Shown piece by piece: positions 9,449 through 14,436 of a stretch of DNA of 14,436 nucleotides. The notes beneath the pieces are model-generated. The model saw only the letters and a list, made by a program, of their open reading frames with translations, did not search any database and was not told the origin of the DNA. Each line of letters opens with the position of its first letter. Within the stretch, counting starts at the first letter, position 1. The stretch comes from Octopus sinensis (lineage: Eukaryota): positions 1 to 14,436 of the forward strand of contig NW_021825766.1 of the NCBI RefSeq assembly GCF_006345805.1. The letters are read 5' to 3'. A program made the translations under genes and the position numbers.

Positions 9449-9661
9449 CTTTTCTACTCTTGGCACAAAGCCCGAAATTTTAGGGAAGAGCGCCAGTTGA
9501 ATAGATGGATCCCAGGATGCAAATGGTACTAAATTTATCAACCCCGAAAGGATGAAAGGTAAAGTCGACCTCGACGAAATTTGAACTCAGAACGTAAAAA
9601 CCAATGAAATACCGCTAAACATTTCGCCCGGCGTGCTTACGTCTCTGCCAGCTTGCTGCCT
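9449..9661 (-). mobile_element. SINE family C, copy 2 of a tandem dimer
   Basis: Same architecture, including the cctttcatcctttcggggttgataaatt central domain, which resembles (from memory) the MetaSINE-type conserved domain. Confidence 0.88.
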
Positions 9662-10023
9662 TACAGAAACTCATAATAAGGTCAGACATATCTTGGCATT
9701 CAGTGATGCCTTGTCGGTAGTGCCTACACGATTTCCCATGTTTAAACCCAATTTATCCTCTTCGTCTTATAGAGAAAAATCGATATATATCCGCTGATAT
9801 TCAAGAAAGCGTGGAGGGTTGAAATAAATTCGGTGTACGTAATTGAAACAGCACTAACTTAAAATAGCCGTCTGGGTATTATGCCTTGCGCAGTCGTATA
9901 TATGTGAAGAATGGTAAACTGTTTGTTATTCATATTTAATGCTGTTATTTATATATTATTCACTTCTCTATAGATACCAAACCGGACACATTTTATTTAG
10001 AGGTGTATGACAAACGGATACAC

Positions 10024-10063
10024 GTCATTGACAAAGCCTCAGGAAGGACGAAACGCATCTGAC
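10024..10063 (+). ncRNA. Degenerate minimal type I hammerhead-like motif
   Basis: GTCA-TTGACAA-ag-CCT-cagga-AGG-ac-GAAAC-GC-ATC-TGAC. Stem I GTCA/TGAC closes the motif; the core differs from CTGAnGA at two positions. Confidence 0.45.
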
Positions 10064-10365
10064 AATCTCGTGAGTACTGCTGAGACAATATTCGCATCAC
10101 TCATATGTGTGTGTGTGTGTTTGTCGGTGTGTGCGCGCGTGTTTGTGTGTGTATGTATATATGAATATGCACGCGTGTGTATATGTGTGTGCATTGTTCT
10201 CTATATATATATATGCATGTATGTATGAGTGGATGTGTGTATTGTTTTTAACACATCTATCAAGAGGTTTTCTCTCAGACACTACCTACAACATCATCCT
10301 TTTCAAGGATATTTATACGTTAAACATGATGCATAGATGTTTCTCACTCTCTCTCTAACAATACA

Positions 10366-10399
10366 CACATGCACTCATATATATATATGAGTGCATGTG
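10366..10399. repeat. Perfect 34-bp palindrome CACATGCACTC-(AT)6-GAGTGCATGTG
   Basis: Checked base by base. Confidence 0.95.
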
Positions 10400-10733
10400 A
10401 AGGCGCATGGCTCAGTGGTTAGAGCGTCGAGCTTACGATCATGAAGTTGTGAGCTCGAATCCCGGACCGGGCTGCGTGTTGTGTTCTTGAGCAAGGCACT
10501 TTATTTTCACGTTGCTCCAGTTCACTCAGCTAGAAATGAGTTGCGACGTCACAGGTGCCAAGCTGTATCGACCTTTGTCTTTCCCTTGATAACACTGGTG
10601 GCGTGGAGAGGGGAGGCTGGTATGACACGGGCGAACTGCTGGTCTTCCATAAACAACCTTGCCCGGACTTGTGTCTAGGAGGGTAACTTTCTAGGTGCAA
10701 TCCCATGGTCATACATGACCGAAGGGGTCTTTT
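10399..10733 (+). mobile_element. tRNA-derived SINE, family D
   Basis: A-box TGGCTCAGTGG, B-box-like GCTCGAATCCC, then ttgagcaaggcacttt and ccagttcactcagct central domain. It ends with the ggtcat-ac-atgacc hairpin and T/TA. Confidence 0.9.
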
Positions 10734-10755
10734 TATATATATATATATGTATATA

Positions 10756-10793
<38 letters not shown>

Positions 10794-10907
10794 TAATATA
10801 GTATATATAATATATATGTAATATGTATATATCATATGTATAATATATATATACATTATATATGTATATATATGTATATATATATGTATATATATATAAT
10901 ACATATA

Positions 10908-10946
<39 letters not shown>

Positions 10947-10952
10947 TATATT

Positions 10953-10985
<33 letters not shown>

Positions 10986-10995
10986 GTGTGTGTGT
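10734..10995. repeat. Long (TA)n-rich tract followed by (TG)n
   Basis: Direct reading. Confidence 0.96.
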
Positions 10996-11048
10996 GGTGT
11001 ACAAATATACCTGTATAGTATATATGCATATACCTATACGACATATGC

Positions 11049-11290
11049 GGAGGTGCGTGGCATTGTGGTTAAGGTGTTGATCTCACGATTATAAGATAAC
11101 GGTTTCAATTCCCGAAGTGGGTGGAGCGTTGTATTCTTGAGCAAAACACTTCATTACATATTACTTGAATCGACTCAGAAATAACTGGTTAACTTGAGGC
11201 GGATCCGTGTCCAGTCCATAGAGGAGTACATAGACCGCAGAATCCGGGAAACTGGCCTTGTGAGCCGATGTCTTGGAAAGGACTTTCAAT
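11049..11290 (+). mobile_element. Old, diverged tRNA-derived SINE with a head related to families B/D
   Basis: ggaggtgcgtggcattgtggttaagg...ggtttcaattccc...ttcttgagcaaaacactt parallels 5221-5325 and 10399-10505. The 3' boundary is approximate. Confidence 0.7.
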
Positions 11291-11299
11291 CCTGTTTTG

Positions 11300-11385
11300 A
11301 CACACACACACAAGCACAAACACACATGCATACACACACACATAAACAAACGCATACACACACACGCATGTGTGAACGGACAAAC

Positions 11386-11417
<32 letters not shown>

Positions 11418-11433
11418 GTGTGTGTGTGTGTGT

Positions 11434-11465
<32 letters not shown>
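11300..11465. repeat. (CA)n/(TA)n/(TG)n compound microsatellite
   Basis: Direct reading. Confidence 0.93.
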
Positions 11466-11469
<4 letters not shown>

Positions 11470-12383
11470 ATACGTACATACTGGCCTACTCGCCCAACCA
11501 GCTGGGTTGCATCATTCAAAAACTGAAACGATTCCAAACGCATTGTGACCAGCGATATATAACAACATCCGATAGTCTGGTCGATCACGTCATCACGGGA
11601 TCGACAGATTTATATGTGTACGACTGTACAGATCTCTCTCTATATATATATATGGCCACTTTCATAATACCGGGTTATATCGTCTATCCAAAATAATAGA
11701 TCTTTTCCCACTGTTTCTATAATGTTGCTATACATGTCTGTTTTAATTTATTGAAGATCCAGTGATTATATTGGCGCTGGCTCTTTCTTCATTTTTTTTT
11801 CTTGTTCCAGTAGTTACTCCATTCATATTAAATATTTCGTAGTTTCTTTTGAACCCTTTCCATCTTTTGAAGATGATTTAATATATTAAGTTTTATTTTC
11901 AGAGAAATCAATATTTTTGGTATTTGAAACTCTATTTTTAATCTCTAAATTATATAACGAAATATGAACAAAATTTGTAGCCTAAATGTTAATTTAAAAT
12001 GTTGTACACCTCACTATTGAAGAAATAAAACGAAAGTAAAAGTGGAAGGAAATTGAATATCAAAAGGGGAACGTCGAGTTGGTTGTTTCTATAAATCTAA
12101 AATTAAGGAGAAAGAAAAAGGAAAAAGATCTAAGTCTCAGAAAAAGTCTAAGCCATGCTGAAGTGCAATCATGTAATCTGAACATGGAGTAAATCAAGAA
12201 ACAACTGTATACATACACACGTATACACATATAAACATGTACATATATATGTAGTGTTATCGTTAAAGGCAGGAAACTAGGTGTTAGTATTTTTCGGTCG
12301 ATAACAGATGAAGTTTTAGGGTTCTGGTGTCTGTCCTACGTGTACATTTGGTAGTATTAGATGCATATTTCATTTATGGAATA

Positions 12384-12902
12384 ACTGAACGCCACGCATC
12401 CCGACTTTTCATTCTTTCCTTTTGATCTGTCACACAGATCAGACGCGTTCCTGTCTGTCTCCTGTCAAAGCTTGTTCCACCAACGTTCGCCACCTCACCT
12501 CGCTATGGCTTAGCAGCCCTTACTGTTTGTTTTCACTGTCCTATTGTTGTTACCAGCTTTGACCCTCCGCAAATCCCAAATTTTATTTTGATTTCCGGGA
12601 GCATCTGTTGTCTCGAAGACACATACTGTCACGAATTGCTCGAAATGTGGAGTAGATAAGCAACCGACAACTGATGAAGGGTCGTTCTTTATGTTACTTG
12701 TCCTGTTTTCCATTTGTTTCTCTCGTTGTTTGCAAAAAAGTTCGTTTTCTATGTTTTCGTATTTCGTATTTCATGTTCTTAACGTTTTATGACGCCCTGT
12801 ACCCATATATGCATATGTATATACATTTATATGTAAATATGTATATATATATATATATATATATATTATTTACATTATTATATGACTGAACGCCACGCAT
12901 CC
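12384..12902 (+). mobile_element. ~500-bp unit bounded by an 18-bp direct repeat; possibly PLE/retrozyme-like
   Basis: ACTGAACGCCACGCATCC occurs at 12384-12401 and 12885-12902. The unit contains CGAAA (12641) and CTGATGA (12671) and has a TA tract near its end. Confidence 0.5.
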
Positions 12903-12921
12903 ATTTCCAAGTGTATATATG

Positions 12922-13152
12922 TTTCTTTATTACCCACAAGGGGCTAACCATAGAGGGGACAAACAAAGACAGACAAACGGATTAAGTCGATTACATTGAC
13001 CCCCAGTGCGTAAGTGGTACTTATTTAATCGACCCCGAAAGGGTGAAAGGCAAAGTTGACCTCGGCGGAATTTGAACTCAGAACGTAGCGACGGGCGAAA
13101 TACCGTGAAACACTTCGCCCGGCGTGGTAACGTCTCTGCCAGCTAGCCGCCT
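12922..13152 (-). mobile_element. SINE family C head and central domain with an alternative 3' tail
   Basis: 12985-13152 matches the 9228-9661 units, whereas 12922-12980 (tttctttattacccacaaggggct...) differs from their tail. Confidence 0.88.
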
Positions 13153-13299
13153 TGTGTATATATGTGTATACATGTGTGTGTATATATATGTGTGTGTGTG
13201 TGTGTGTGTAGTTGAAATTTACAGAAAAACAAAAGACGAAGACAGGCGTATGCACCACAAGCAGGTGTATTAGTTTGACACTCGAGAATGTGAGAAAGT

Positions 13300-13336
13300 C
13301 TTTTTACGTTTCGAGCCTACGCTCTTCAGCAAAAAG
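13300..13336 (-). ncRNA. Compact hammerhead-like motif in a short repeat fragment (~13211-13390)
   Basis: Minus strand: ctttttg-CTGAA-GAGC-gtag-GCTC-GAAAC-GTA-aaaag. Stem I-like ctttt/aaaag; stem III is reduced to the ACGT palindrome. Confidence 0.5.
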
Positions 13337-13564
13337 GAATAAGAGAAAATAAAGAGGGAGAGAATAAAAAAAGAACTTGTGAATTTAGCGACCAAGCATG
13401 GTGAAACACACAGAGACAGGCAGACAGACGGACAAACAGACAGACTCACACATACACACACATATATATGTATGTTGTATATGTGTATGTGTATGTGTGT
13501 TTGTTTATTGTATGCCTTTATGTGTGTGTATGTGTGTATACATACACATACATACATATATATA

Positions 13565-13964
13565 TACTCTTTACTCTTTTATTTGTTACAGTCATGTGAC
13601 TGCGGCCATGCTGGAGCACCGCCTTTAGTTGAGCAACCCGGCTCCGGGACTTATTCTTTGTAAGCCCAGTGCTTATTCTATCGGTCTGTTTTGCCGAACC
13701 GCTAAGTTACGAGGACATAATCACAACGGCATCGGTTGTCAAGCAATGCTAGGGGGACAAACACAGCCACACAAACATACACACACTTACATATATATAC
13801 ATATATACGACGGGCTTCTTTGAGTTTCCAAATCCACTCACAAGGCTTTGGTCGGCCCGAGGCTATAGTAGAAGATACTTGCCATAGGTGCCACGAAGTG
13901 GAGCTGAACCCATAACCATGTGGTTGGTAAGCAAAATACTTATCATACAGCCACTTCTGTACCT
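13565..13964 (-). mobile_element. tRNA-derived SINE, family A, near full length
   Basis: Colinear with 3190-3635, with a small internal deletion near 13830. Confidence 0.9.
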
Positions 13965-13974
13965 ATATATGCAT

Positions 13975-14042
13975 GCATACATACATACATACATACATAC
14001 ATACATACATACATACATACATACATACATACATACATACAC
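13975..14042. repeat. (CATA)n microsatellite
   Basis: Direct reading. Confidence 0.96.
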
Positions 14043-14054
14043 ACACATAAACAC

Positions 14055-14210
14055 ATACGATAAATGGATTTCCGATTTCGAGTTGTCCAAAAGTTCGTTC
14101 ACCTGAGCAGTGTGTAAACTGATTTAGTGTACAAGATTTTGAATATTCTCAAGAAGCCTGTACTTTTAATTCAATTCTTCGCGGAACTCAGCGTGACATA
14201 GTGTGACAAG
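14055..14210 (-). mobile_element. Highly diverged 3' part of a family-B-like SINE
   Basis: cctgtacttttaat...ttcttcgcggaactcagcgtgacatagtgtgacaag resembles the reverse complement of 5437-5492 (cctgtacccttaac...ttctcagggatattaagcatgatacagatagtgacaag). Confidence 0.45.
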
Positions 14211-14233
14211 CAAAACTTATACTTTCACTTAGC

Positions 14234-14345
14234 AGTAGGCATCCGTCAGTCTTGAGAAGCCATGGTTCTACGCTCAGAGATATCGTATGGTTGTACAGCG
14301 TCTATTGTAACTGTACAGGCCCACGCGGTAGAGACAGTCATGCCT
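14234..14345 (+). mobile_element. Possible decayed 5' UTR of an RTE-clade LINE
   Basis: agtaggcatccgtcagtcttgagaagccatgg resembles RTE 5' ends as recalled from memory; unverified. Confidence 0.3.
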
Positions 14346-14436
14346 ACAATAACTGCATTTGAGAGAGCTTTCTGTCAGCGCTACTCGTATTTCCTTCCGT
14401 CGAGTGCACTTTTCTTTGGTGGCAATTTTTTTGCTT

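Overview
Eukaryotic, AT-rich, non-coding (intergenic or intronic) DNA. The dense TA/CA/TATG/ATT/CTT microsatellites and the SINE types look like an octopus/coleoid cephalopod genome; this is inference from pattern recognition, not a database result. No credible protein-coding gene is present: almost every ORF in the track is a translation of a microsatellite or SINE. The window is a mosaic of tRNA-derived SINEs from at least four families (full, tandem, truncated and decayed copies), one structurally complete non-autonomous Helitron (8043-8444), a possible hAT-type remnant and short LINE-like fragments. The most unusual signal is a set of short, mutually unrelated segments, mostly next to (TA)n/(TG)n tracts, that each carry a full or partial hammerhead-ribozyme-like core (CTGAnGA...GAAAC..GTH). 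One of them sits in both arms of a ~410-bp fold-back (1151-1562). This fits Penelope-like element (PLE) or retrozyme-type relics.
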